Assembly: GCA_965644495.1 (NCBI GenBank)
Contig: CBFFSA010000014.1
Location: 248,001 to 312,000 of the forward strand
Reading direction: 5' to 3'
DNA from: Perkinsela sp. CCAP 1560/9
Lineage: Eukaryota; Protista; Euglenozoa: Kinetoplastea
DNA length: 64,000 nt
Made by a program: the position numbers and the translations under genes. The notes under the pieces were generated by a model. That model was not told where the DNA came from and searched no databases. It saw only the letters and a program-made list of their open reading frames with translations. This document shows, piece by piece, positions 46,904 through 57,172 of the stretch (position 1 is its first letter; the number at the start of each line of letters is the position of its first letter).

Positions 46904-48615
46904 GTAAATTTTACGAGCACACCCCGGACTAAAGTGGACGAGGGAGATACTAAACCGCAGTCCGGTTTAACATTCCGGGGGGGTAGTTAAGTAGCTACAG
47001 GAAGGTTAACTTTTTTTTGAGTTTGTAAATCATCTTCTTGAAAAAAAGGATGACATAAAAGTTAACATACCTGTAACAAGATAACGTACCGGGGGGGGGT
47101 ATGTTATCCTGTAACACCGCTTACAGGATAAGGACCGTGTACGGGATAAAGAGACGTTTCCTTCAGGAAGTAAAGCGTTCAATTATTTGCGCGCGTCGCC
47201 TTTTTCCGATATACCGTAGACCCACCAGTAATAGACCCCTCATTAACAAGGATTTGGCTCGGGAGGGTGGCTCAAGGGGGGAGGGGGATTTGGGAGGGGG
47301 GAGGGTGGTTGCGCGGGAGCGAGTGTTCTTCTTTTACCCTGAATGGGTTACCCGGGCTGCTCCGATTTTTCATGCACTGATAAGTGGTCCTATACTTTGC
47401 TTTGTATGCCAACGGAAGGCAGTATCATATTCCGGATTAAAAGTCATGCTCTTATGCATGAGGCCACTACTTGTTCGAAAGGTCATGAGCCACGGGTATG
47501 TACTCTTAAGGAAGAGCATTGGTTATGCTCCGATAGAAAGTGCTGCGGTAAAACTTATTTTTTGGAACCTCTTCTTACGGCCGCACGTGGGCGCACCGGA
47601 AACCAGGTTTTTAAAGTCTTATACGGTATCACTTCTGCAGCCGGCTACAGATCTCAATGGTAAACGGACTTGGGGCAAAAGCGATCACTCCGCTGACAAA
47701 CATCCCTTTGAGTCGTGCTCTCGAACAATGAAAATCGAAGAAACGAAAAAATGAAAATCGAAACTTTTTCCAATTTCCTTCCAAAAAAATTCAAAAAAAT
47801 CCGCATTAAAGGGGGGGATCAGGGGGGTCCGTATTAAAGGGGGGGGTCACAGTAAGTGGCTTGGTTAGATTATCGTGGCCTGTACTATAGTACAGTATGT
47901 AAAAAAGTATAGAAGTAAAAAAATGGTAACCGCCTACTGTATTCGTATTTAAAATAATTTTACAAGGTGTACAAAGTCCATTCACTCAGATCTACAGTGT
48001 CACAAGAGTTCTCTCAAACGGACTTACTATACTAATTTTAGAGGGGGTGTCTTATCTTGTCGAGGGGTTTACATGTATGGAGAGTAGCGATATAAACGAT
48101 AAAAACAATCCTCTAAAAAAAATAGCACCACTTCGCGGCGCGGTATTCGTCATGCCTCAATATTGCGCTTAAGTAGCCATGTCAAACGGTTGCGCATAAG
48201 TGGGGGGACAGTAACTATCCGGAGTAACGAGTCACACGATTTCAGTTTTAGTATCTTTCCAATGAAAGGGAACCCAAAGAAGAAATATGAAAACAAAGGA
48301 ATTATCAGAACGGTCTTGAAACAGTTTGACTTCAAGGAAACGTTTTTCAATTGGAATTCAGAGAGCTGGGTTTGGATATCATCATATCAAATGAAGCTAA
48401 CATAACTTTTAAGAACTTATTTATTATTTAGCAATTTATCTTTCACGATTTCAGACCATGAAAATAATTGAGGGAAAGCTACTGGGGTGTGCCGTTAACG
48501 CAGCTAGAAAAGTATTCAAAAATAACATTCTACTGTAGTTAGAAAACGGGGGAAGAAAACGTTCTGTCATAAGAATAAAGGAATTTGAACACTTGCTCCA
48601 CTTTATTATCAATAT
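46904..48615 (+). repeat. Segmental duplication copy B (partner 5825-7530), followed by an (ATTT)n run
   Basis: Near-identical; includes the last ~25 codons of the 7454-8266 gene. Confidence 0.95.
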
Positions 48616-49057
48616 ATTTATTTAATATCTATTTATTCAACATTTATTTATTCAATATTTATTTATTTATTTATTTAAGATATAATATCTTAATAGCGTT
48701 TCAAAGTCATACGTTCGTACTTTTTATCCAACTTCTTACTATACCCCACACTTTTCCCATGCTGTTAAACAGCGGGTGGTTGATGGACCAAGCCAATTAA
48801 GCTTTACCACAATGAGACAGGTCACGGATATTTCAAGCAATGCAAAGAAAGTTCAGGCTAAAGCAGTCCACTGGGACACAGACCCGGGTAATTACCCATT
48901 TACACGGCAGGGGCATGTTATTAAGTAGGGGGGATAGTAGATGATAAAAAACATACTTTCATCCAAGACTTTTGACACGTAAAATAGCAGTTTTTCAGTT
49001 TGTGTCGTAAGTGGTGCAAAGGTCTCCCATCCATCTTACTGCAGGAACACTATTAAG

Positions 49058-49798
49058 TCAGCTTAGTATAATTTTTGTATTTCGAACATCCATATAGAGT
49101 ATATGTAAAGTCTTAGGCATAAGACTTTTCTTCACCTCACCTTGAAGATCTACATTACCGTACAGGCGTAGAGCTGACAGGCCTGGAGGTAACGAGTCTA
49201 ATTGTACCCAACCGTCGAACTGGTTTCTGTGAATAGCCAGATTCCACAGACGTGGTGGGAGACAACGTAGTTCCGGAGTTCCTGTAAAGGCATTGCAGCC
49301 CATGGCTAACGTCTCGAGCTCTGGAGGAAGATGACTTAAATCAGCGATTCCTGATAGATCATTCGTCGTTAGACATAGGTGAAGTAAAGTTTTCGGTAAA
49401 CAAGTAAAATCGATTGACCCAGTGAAAATATTATGAGCGAAGTTAGCGTCCATGGTTTGTGGCGGTAATTCATTGAGAAGTAACTCCCCAGTAAGCTGAT
49501 TGTTAGAAACAATAATTTGGAGCACTGAGCATGGGAGATATTTTAAATGGATATGGCCGTACAGTTCCATGTCAATGCCCCAGTCAAGCTTAGATGTTTT
49601 ATTTCCCTCATCACATATCACATTCTTCCACTCACATGCTGCCGTGTTGGTATTCCAAGAGGGATCGGTATTTCCGACGTCTTTGATAAAATTTGCAAGT
49701 TCGTATTCTTGTGGGACGTTGGCGCTACGAATCCGACCGCGACGTGATGATGGAATGTCCTCAGCACACAGAATGTGTAAAAAAGTCCTGTGAAACAT
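49058..49798 (-). CDS. Short LRR family protein (246 aa); uninterrupted paralog of 61208-63143
   Basis: MFHRTFLHILCAEDIPSSRRGRIRSANVPQEYELANF leader, CEWKNVIC cap, LRRs. Confidence 0.9.
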   Translation of the reverse strand: MFHRTFLHILCAEDIPSSRRGRIRSANVPQEYELANFIKDVGNTDPSWNTNTAACEWKNVICDEGNKTSKLDWGIDMELYGHIHLKYLPCSVLQIIVSNNQLTGELLLNELPPQTMDANFAHNIFTGSIDFTCLPKTLLHLCLTTNDLSGIADLSHLPPELETLAMGCNAFTGTPELRCLPPRLWNLAIHRNQFDGWVQLDSLPPGLSALRLYGNVDLQGEVKKSLMPKTLHILYMDVRNTKIILS

Positions 49799-50049
49799 GG
49801 AGTGTTGTATACTTTGCAAAGAATGACTTTGAAACCATAAGGATGAATACTTTTTAAGTATGTATGTTAAGTATGTACTGTATGTAATTACCGTATGTAG
49901 TAATGTTTGCTTCAGAAAATATATGAGCCTTAGACGGTGAATATGGCTTAATAATTGGGTAAATGAGGATTTGAATTTGTGTCCTGTAATACATCCATCC
50001 AAAGAATCCTCCGAAGCTTTCTGTATTAGGGAATGTACTGCGATGTCGA

Positions 50050-51132
50050 CTACACAATAATCCAGTTCTTCTCGAAGAGGGACCTCATTTCGTTTGGCTG
50101 CTTGCCCACAAACCAACGGGATGGAGCGATCACGCGTTTTCTAGGGGCTTCGGAGAGATAAGCACCCCACCAGCTAAAAGAGCTGTTTGCTATAATAAGG
50201 TCATGACAGTGAGCCATAGCTGCCATTTCGACGTAGTCTTCTTCATCGCTTAGGGCCACTTGTAGCCCACTAATTGTCTTCATGGCCCCGGATTCGTATT
50301 TCCACGTGTGAGTGGAAAACATAGAGCGAAGCATAGAGCAGAACAATTCCCCATATATTTTATCATCACTAAAAACAATGATACGTAGAGTGTTGGACAC
50401 AAAATCGGGTGTATGAAGGAGCTCGCCATAAAGCTGACGTAGCGCTAGGTCGTAATAATTCTGGAACGTTTGGATATGAAACTGCTCTGGAAGCTTCAGA
50501 TAGTCTCCACGACGGATATGAATGCCCAGAATGTGGTACGGTAGCTGCGCTTCCGAAGACTCTAATGGAGTCGTGGTCTCACACTTGGAGTTGCACAGAC
50601 GATGAAGAACTTGTAATCCCTGTCTCCGTATCGACACTGGAAACAACAAGCGCGAAATTTCACTATGAAAATCTGAAAAATATGCGGAAGATTGAAAGAA
50701 ACCACGAAGCACATGTGTGGAAGATTGCCCTTTTTGCTTCTCTGATAATTGAATTGGTTGCGGAGTCGATTGCTCGGCGATGACATCACATTTGGACAAG
50801 TCCATTTCATGTATCGTCGGAGACGTAGGAGAGGGGAGGAGCATCGAAGCTCCGTCGTGTTTGCGAAAGTAGTTCGTTTCTGAGAGAGACTCGAATTGTG
50901 TTCGCCAGTACACTGGACGCGGCTCAAAGCAGCTGTCACTGCAGGGATAGTGTGGAATGTAAAGATCAAGTTCGTTTCGTAGCGCTGTAGCAATCCCGGT
51001 GGCAAGTATGAACATTTGATTTCCCAAACCTCCAACAATAGGAGCAACAATTTGAGGACGTGTTGGCGTTTTTTGTGCGCAAAACCGTACAGTGGAGCGA
51101 GTATGAAGCGAACGGAAAGAACGGACCAACAT
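50050..51132 (-). CDS. FUT1: GT11 alpha-1,2-fucosyltransferase with mitochondrial presequence-like N-terminus
   Basis: GGLGNQMF, GFFQS, HIRRGDY, VFSDD, IIANSSFSWWGAYL; start MLVRSFRSLHTRS. Confidence 0.9.
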   Translation of the reverse strand: MLVRSFRSLHTRSTVRFCAQKTPTRPQIVAPIVGGLGNQMFILATGIATALRNELDLYIPHYPCSDSCFEPRPVYWRTQFESLSETNYFRKHDGASMLLPSPTSPTIHEMDLSKCDVIAEQSTPQPIQLSEKQKGQSSTHVLRGFFQSSAYFSDFHSEISRLLFPVSIRRQGLQVLHRLCNSKCETTTPLESSEAQLPYHILGIHIRRGDYLKLPEQFHIQTFQNYYDLALRQLYGELLHTPDFVSNTLRIIVFSDDKIYGELFCSMLRSMFSTHTWKYESGAMKTISGLQVALSDEEDYVEMAAMAHCHDLIIANSSFSWWGAYLSEAPRKRVIAPSRWFVGKQPNEMRSLFEKNWIIV

Positions 51133-51410
51133 GTTTTCCCTCAATATTACTCTTGAAGAACACCTCCGAGAATTCATTCCGCTGAAATCTAGAAAATAGC
51201 ACAACACTATCCTACTCTCTTTTGATAACAAACACCAAATACACCCTTAAAAACGGTTATCTTCTACATTTCTAACCACTATGTTTCTCCTACAAGCTTT
51301 CATTCCTTTGACCAAAAGAGGTAAACAAAAGATGAGTACGGTACCCAGTAGTAAATGTTACTGAAAAAAAATCCCTCCCATTTTCACACCCTTCTCCCCC
51401 CCTTTCTCTT

Positions 51411-52580
51411 TCACAACCGCATCAACGCCACCGGAATCGCCTCCGGCGCGTACGCACTCCCCCGCGGGATCACCAAATAGTGAGCCCCGGGGGTTACCTC
51501 CTCCAGGGAGCCCACCCGACCTCCCGCCACGGTGTACAGCCCCGTGGGGTAGGGGTGCACCCCGGTCGCGCGACACGCCTTGGCCACCAGCTGCCCCATC
51601 GTGCGCACGTCCTGGAGCAGCACGCGGGTGCCGGTGGCACGACGCCGCAGCCCCGGCCACACGGTGACCCAGAACGTCCCGTCGGCCTGGGTGCCGAATT
51701 TCTGGACCGGGGCGGCGGTGAACCCGCGGGGGTGACTGAGCGCGTGGAACGTGTGGCGGGGAGGGCGGGGGGGTTGTTGTGGGGAAGGGGAAGATTGTTG
51801 TTGGGAAGGGGAAGTTTGTTGTTGGGAAGGGGAAGTTTGTTGTTGGGAAGTTTGTTGTTGGGATTGGGAAGGTTGTTGTTGTGAAGATTGTTGTTGGGAA
51901 TGGGAAGATTGTTTTTGGGAAGATTGTTGTTGGGAATGTTGTTGTTGCTGTTTTTGGTAATGGGAAGACTGTTGTTGGGAGTGGAATGGGGGTGGAGGTG
52001 GGAGGGAATCAGAAGGGGGTGGGAGGGGTTGCTTTGAATGTTGTTGTGGTTGCCATTCCTGTTGTTGTGAAGTTGGCTGTTGGGAAGGGGAAGGGGGAGG
52101 GAGGGAGTGAGAAGGGGATGGGAGGAGATGGGAAATGGGATGTGAAGGAATAAGAGGTTCTGGCTCCGATTCGTGGGGATGGGATATTGTGCTACTATTG
52201 CTGTTATGTGTGGGGAAGTAGGGTACACCTACGTCGGGGGTGGGATTTTCCGGATCCTGGGTGGAAAAGCAATGGGATAATGGCGCTGTGGTGTGGGAGA
52301 AGGGAGGGGGGTGGGGGGAGTGCTCTTGTGGGGTACATGGTTGGAGAGATTCCCACGCAGCGCTCATGTGGGATCTCCAATGTGCTTGTTGGGTGAGGAA
52401 TTCTTGCTTTTGGCGTTCGAGGGTGCGCCGCTCTTCGTCGATTCGCTGTAATCCATCTTGAAGCTTCGCTTCGCGCTCCACGAAATCTTTCTCTACGTCT
52501 CGCATGGCAGTGCGAAAATGAGAGACATACTCGTCTAAAATGGAATAAAGTTTGTTTTCCACGAATCTCGCTTCAGACAT
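51411..52580 (-). CDS. Coiled-coil + Q/S/P-rich linker + doublecortin-like domain protein
   Basis: C-terminal LYTVAGGRVGSLEEVTPGAHYLV resembles a DCX domain; SQQQ tandem repeats. Confidence 0.7.
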   Translation of the reverse strand: MSEARFVENKLYSILDEYVSHFRTAMRDVEKDFVEREAKLQDGLQRIDEERRTLERQKQEFLTQQAHWRSHMSAAWESLQPCTPQEHSPHPPPFSHTTAPLSHCFSTQDPENPTPDVGVPYFPTHNSNSSTISHPHESEPEPLIPSHPISHLLPSPSHSLPPPSPSQQPTSQQQEWQPQQHSKQPLPPPSDSLPPPPPFHSQQQSSHYQKQQQQHSQQQSSQKQSSHSQQQSSQQQPSQSQQQTSQQQTSPSQQQTSPSQQQSSPSPQQPPRPPRHTFHALSHPRGFTAAPVQKFGTQADGTFWVTVWPGLRRRATGTRVLLQDVRTMGQLVAKACRATGVHPYPTGLYTVAGGRVGSLEEVTPGAHYLVIPRGSAYAPEAIPVALMRL

Positions 52581-53477
52581 ACCAGAACAAAAAGCAAAAA
52601 AGGTACGTTAAAGGTAGAATACTTTTGCCTGCGTTTTGAACGAATTTGCTTAAATAAATTATAGTATGGTGACTTTGCAGAACTTGACGTGTAGTAATAA
52701 CTCCATGCATTTCGGTCAATCCGATTGACATCCGTCATAGTACATACAGGGGTGCGGCTCTCTCAAGGGCTTCCCGTGGCGTACTGAGCGAGATCACATT
52801 CCTCCCCCGCCCATGTCTAAGAGAGTCACCGCATACTTTTTGTGGCGGAAGACGAGCGCACAGGATACTCCGCTGCATGTGGTCTGTGATGGAAACAGAC
52901 AAAATATTTGTTCGACTCCGAAATCGACAACAATTAGAAGCCGCTATTGAGGGGCTTTCCTTGAATTGAAACAGACCCACTCTGCAACGGTCCAGAAAAC
53001 GGTGAAGAGTTTCAGGAAACGTTATGAAATTGTTATTAGTCGGGACGGGGGGCACTGTGGTTACTAATTACATACCTTTTAGTTTGCTGGTGTGTTCGCT
53101 GGTTCGCTGTGTTCGCTGGTTCAGTGAACAAAATAGCGAACACAGCGAACCACTTAACTCGGCTCTTCAGAAGTTGAACTTCAAGATGGTCGAAAGCGTT
53201 ACAGAAACTGTATCTCTGGAAGGATTATTCCCTTGCATGCATTAGTTTTCATCACCCAAAAGAATTTTTTTTATTTTTTTTGGCCAGTTAAGTTCATCGA
53301 GTCTTGGCAAAGAAAGAAAGAAACAGCGAAAATTCATCTTAATAAAAAAATCATACAAGCTTTATCAACGATTGCATCGATTTGAGGATCCAAACGTTTA
53401 ATATTGCATTGTACGAAAATACATACTGCCATCTTTTCCGGAGACATGCTAGCCTGTCCACTGCAGTACTTACAGTA

Positions 53478-54178
53478 CCGTTAGTACCCCCTGACTTTGC
53501 ACCCCCCCTGACTTTGCACATTTTTCTGTTTTTTAAAATTTCCTGATGTGCAAAGTCACGGGGGTATCAAAATTTCCAAAAATGCTGAAAACTTAGATTT
53601 GCTAATTTTTTGTAAAAGACATGTAAAATATTTAACCAGCCGTACAAATGTAAATTGCATTGTTTACTTTCTGTCATTTTTAACATTTTGATTCCTCTTT
53701 CTCATTTGGCATTCAATGCCAACTATGTTCGCCAACGATTCTTACCACAGGAACACGTCGTCGTGATTCCGTCAGCTGAAGAAGTCAGTGCATCCTTGGT
53801 TCAGGTTGATACACTACAGCGAGAGAAAGAGGCTGTAAACGAGAAGTGTTGTATGTAATACTTCGCACACTGTAACCTTTAAGAGCTTCAACGATCATGT
53901 CAGCCACATGATCTGACTTTTTGCTGTCAAGTTTACGCAGTTCGGAATGCACTTTTCCGCTCGATGAGGCTTAGAAGGTATCCGCTGTGTTTGGCGCCTT
54001 CGATAAGATCAGCTTCCCGATCTCCATATCGCTCTCTGTTGTTTATTACCTCAGGGAGTTCGGAAATATCGACACGATTGGGAATACGAAATTCAAGCCA
54101 CTTTACACATCCCCTCACTTTGCACAAAAACCTGATTTTTCGCTGTTTTCGTCGTGCGAAGTCAGGGAGTACTAACGG
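53478..54178. mobile_element. TA-flanked TIR element containing an IS30-like transposase fragment
   Basis: TA-CCGTTAGTACCCCCTGACTTTGCAC ... GTGCGAAGTCAGGGAGTACTAACGG-TA. Confidence 0.85.
53853..54088 (-). pseudogene. IS30-family transposase fragment
   Basis: RIPNRVDISELPEVINNRERYGDREADLIEGAKHSGYLLSLIERKS, then after a frameshift KLDSKKSDHVADMIVEALKGYSVRSITY. Confidence 0.75.
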
Positions 54179-55887
54179 TATGTCCCTTGTTGTACAAGTT
54201 TATTATTAGTACAAAGATTTTATGATGAGCAATTCTACATCGCTTCGACGAAGTATGGGCCTTGCTAACCGGACTTCCACAAGAATCATCGAAATCTAAT
54301 ACGTTGCAAGGGCTGATGTCCGTTTACAAACCGATCAAGGTATCGTATGCCACGTGGATAGCACGGATTTGGATAGTCGTCTAATGATTCAAGAGGTGAT
54401 TCCGTTCTCCGTCGTGGAACGGACGGACGATGGGACGACCGAGCGGCGTTGGTTTATAGCATGGACAACGGCTGATAATATTTCCTTGTACTTTGTTGAC
54501 TTGCTTTCGAAAAGCTTATACATCATTTTCAAAAGGGGGGATGCGTTGACCTGTTCATCGATATTACGCTTTGCAAAAAAGCCTTTAATCCTTTTCGCCA
54601 CCCATTCCCCCTCTGCTCCCCCCTTCTCACCTTCTCACCTTCCCTTCATCCCCTCCGCCACCCCCTTCATCGTCTCACCACCCTGTCTCCCCTACTTCGC
54701 TGCCGAATTCTTTGCCCCCCTTTCGCCCCCTCCTCGTTCGCTCATCTTCGCCGCACGTTTTGCCGCCCCCTTCACCCCCAGCGCCGCCCTCCTCGCCCCT
54801 CCCCCCTTGCGTGGCCCTCTTCTCCCCCTTCACCCCCTAGAGACGTCCCCTTCGCTCTACTGCGCCGCCCTCCTTGCCACCCTCTTCGTCGGACAGTCCG
54901 AAAAATCAGCACCCGGCGGCAACAAAGCAAGACGCAACATGCCTAGGGTGCATGAAATCCTTTGGAGAGGATATACCCAGCACCAAGAAAGCAAGGTGCC
55001 AAACAACTAGGGTTGCGCTCCTTCCCACCTTCTTTGAAGGCGCGCGCAGGACTGTTGGCCCCTCTCGTAGGGATCGCAGGTCAGTGTATTGCTTAGCCTC
55101 ACTGCGTCTCCGACTCTCGTCCTCGGTGAAGTGCCAGCCGTGGCTTGCTACGGGTGGCTTGCTCGCCGGTCCGCAAGGACCGGTCGTATGCATCGGAGCA
55201 ACATCCGAGCCGTCGGGCCCCTCAAGTGGACGGCAGAGGGCCCATTGCCTGTCAAGGCCAAAAGGGTGCAACAAACAACAACACTTTATGGCCCATTACG
55301 AAAAGTACTGAATCACACTCTGTGACTGTCAAACCCAAAGGTCTCACCAAAAGGCTGTAGTAGGATTAAACAGTTTTTGCGGCCTTATGGACGTCGTCAT
55401 CAAATTCTTCAAGACGCAAGTCCAGACCGATACCCCGAAATTCACCTTTCCGAACTGAAGTTTTCGCTCCACTGGAACCCATGCAGACCGCCACTGCCAG
55501 CCAGTGCCAAATGCTACCAGCCACTGCGAGCCAAAAACGTCCTCTCAGAGCCTTTCTCCCTGAAGCCAAACCATCTTGTTACCCGAACATGTAAGTCCTT
55601 CATGTCTTGAAGGTACGCTTCAAGGCAATAATAAACAAATGTAAACTTTTGCCAGTTTTTGTATCTCTTTCCACCGAAAATACAAACCGCGGTCTCGGTG
55701 CGGTCTCGGTCGGAGTACCCGCAGCCCCTCAACTACCGCGTTTAACGAAGACCCTAAAAAAGAAATTTAATTTCTATATGTCATGTTTCTCAAATTTGTA
55801 CCATACGCTGACATACTGCCGTACGCTGCCAAACGCTGCCAGCCACTGCGAGCCAAAACTGCATGGGTTCCACTATATAAAGTATTA

Positions 55888-56202
55888 CCGTATACCCCCC
55901 AGTAAGAAAATGGGTTTTGGGTCGAAATGGACAAATCTCTCTTACTGGGGGGGTATGCTTTTTTGGCCAGTTTCCTCCTTTCTCTCAACTTTGACTATTT
56001 TTTTGTATTTTTTCTTCGGAAAACGTGTTAAAACGCTTATTTGGGTTACCCGAGGCCCCCAACATGCAGACACCCACCCCCTACCCCCTATACCCCTCCT
56101 GTGGGGCCACCGAGCCAAATCTCTCTTACTGGGGGGGGGTTATCTTACTAGGGGGGGTATCTTACTGGGGGGGGGGGTTATCTTACTGGGGGGGGTATAC
56201 GG
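55888..56202. mobile_element. TA-flanked MITE with iterated TCTTACTGGGGGGG motifs
   Basis: TA-CCGTATACCCCCCAGTAAGA ... TCTTACTGGGGGGGGTATACGG-TA. Confidence 0.85.
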
Positions 56203-56737
56203 TAGTATGAAAATATTAGTCAAATGCTTACGAAGTAGAAAAAGGTTCGTAGTGCTCCAACTCTCTAGTGCCGACTTCGCAACTTGGTTGAGAAAATGGT
56301 CGATGCATGACACCAGCGCCAAGTACAAGGTGCGTTGACGTCTCCCTGTAGTTGAGCAATTGATCCCTGAACAGCATTCCTCATTGATGAGAAATCGCTC
56401 TTACCCGAAGTGCCCAATCGTCGATGCAATTCGCCAAGTTCGTTCTCAGTCTCCTGCCGGACCACATGATTGATGGCAACCCCATCTACTATGAGGTAGG
56501 TCCATTTTCGCAGACGTTGCGCCCCTCAACGGCGGCGAAGATCATCAACAATTTTTGCAGCGATCTGGGCACATATTCTTCATGATACACAGGAAAAAAA
56601 TAGGAAAAAAAATATAGTTGAATATTGCTTTGTAACGTCGAGAAGAAATTTTTTACTGTGTAGTACTGTTTAGCACAAAAAGTGGTTCGCTTGGTTCGCT
56701 GGTGGTTCAGTGGGTTCGCTGAACCAATGGCTATGTA

Positions 56738-56896
56738 CTGTCCCCCCCGTTTAAGGGCACCTCGTTTTCCGTGAAAAGTGAGCTTAAACGCGGGGGTCTG
56801 AATCAGTACCTAAAAAAATCGCCGGAAACTCCACCTCAACTTTATGTGCGCTTAAACGGGGGTCTGACCGGGTGCGCTTAAGGGGAGGGGGGACAG
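56738..56896. mobile_element. ~160-bp TA-flanked MITE
   Basis: TA-CTGTCCCCCCCGTTTAAGGGCACC ... GGTGCGCTTAAGGGGAGGGGGGACAG-TA; related ends near 7126, 43852 and 48211. Confidence 0.8.
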
Positions 56897-57172
56897 TAAT
56901 TATCTTTTTCAATCCAAATTACAGAAAGTATTAACTGCTCAAAAGTATTGCAATGTGTGTTTTTGTCCTTTCTATAAAAAGTGGGCACCGCCCCCCCCAT
57001 CCCCCGGAAACTACCTATCCTAAAACATACAACTCTGTGAGAGCTATTCAATGCGCTATTCTTTTCCAAACTTGGACAACTTTTACGATTTTTAGATCCC
57101 CCACCTTTAGCTTCGCATCCATGTGTAGTATGATGGAAGTGTAATGGTGCTTCAGTTCAAATGGAATTCTAA

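Noticed and set aside
49799-50116. N-terminal extension of the LRR ORF given in the track
   Set aside because: It overlaps FUT1 and starts at a non-ATG codon; the paralog indicates a start at 49798.
52600-53060. Short minus-strand ORFs (also 60065-60330)
   Set aside because: No recognisable family; probably decayed or non-coding.
54250-56520. Possible MULE/hAT transposase remnants
   Set aside because: Only vague motifs, many stops and no matched termini.
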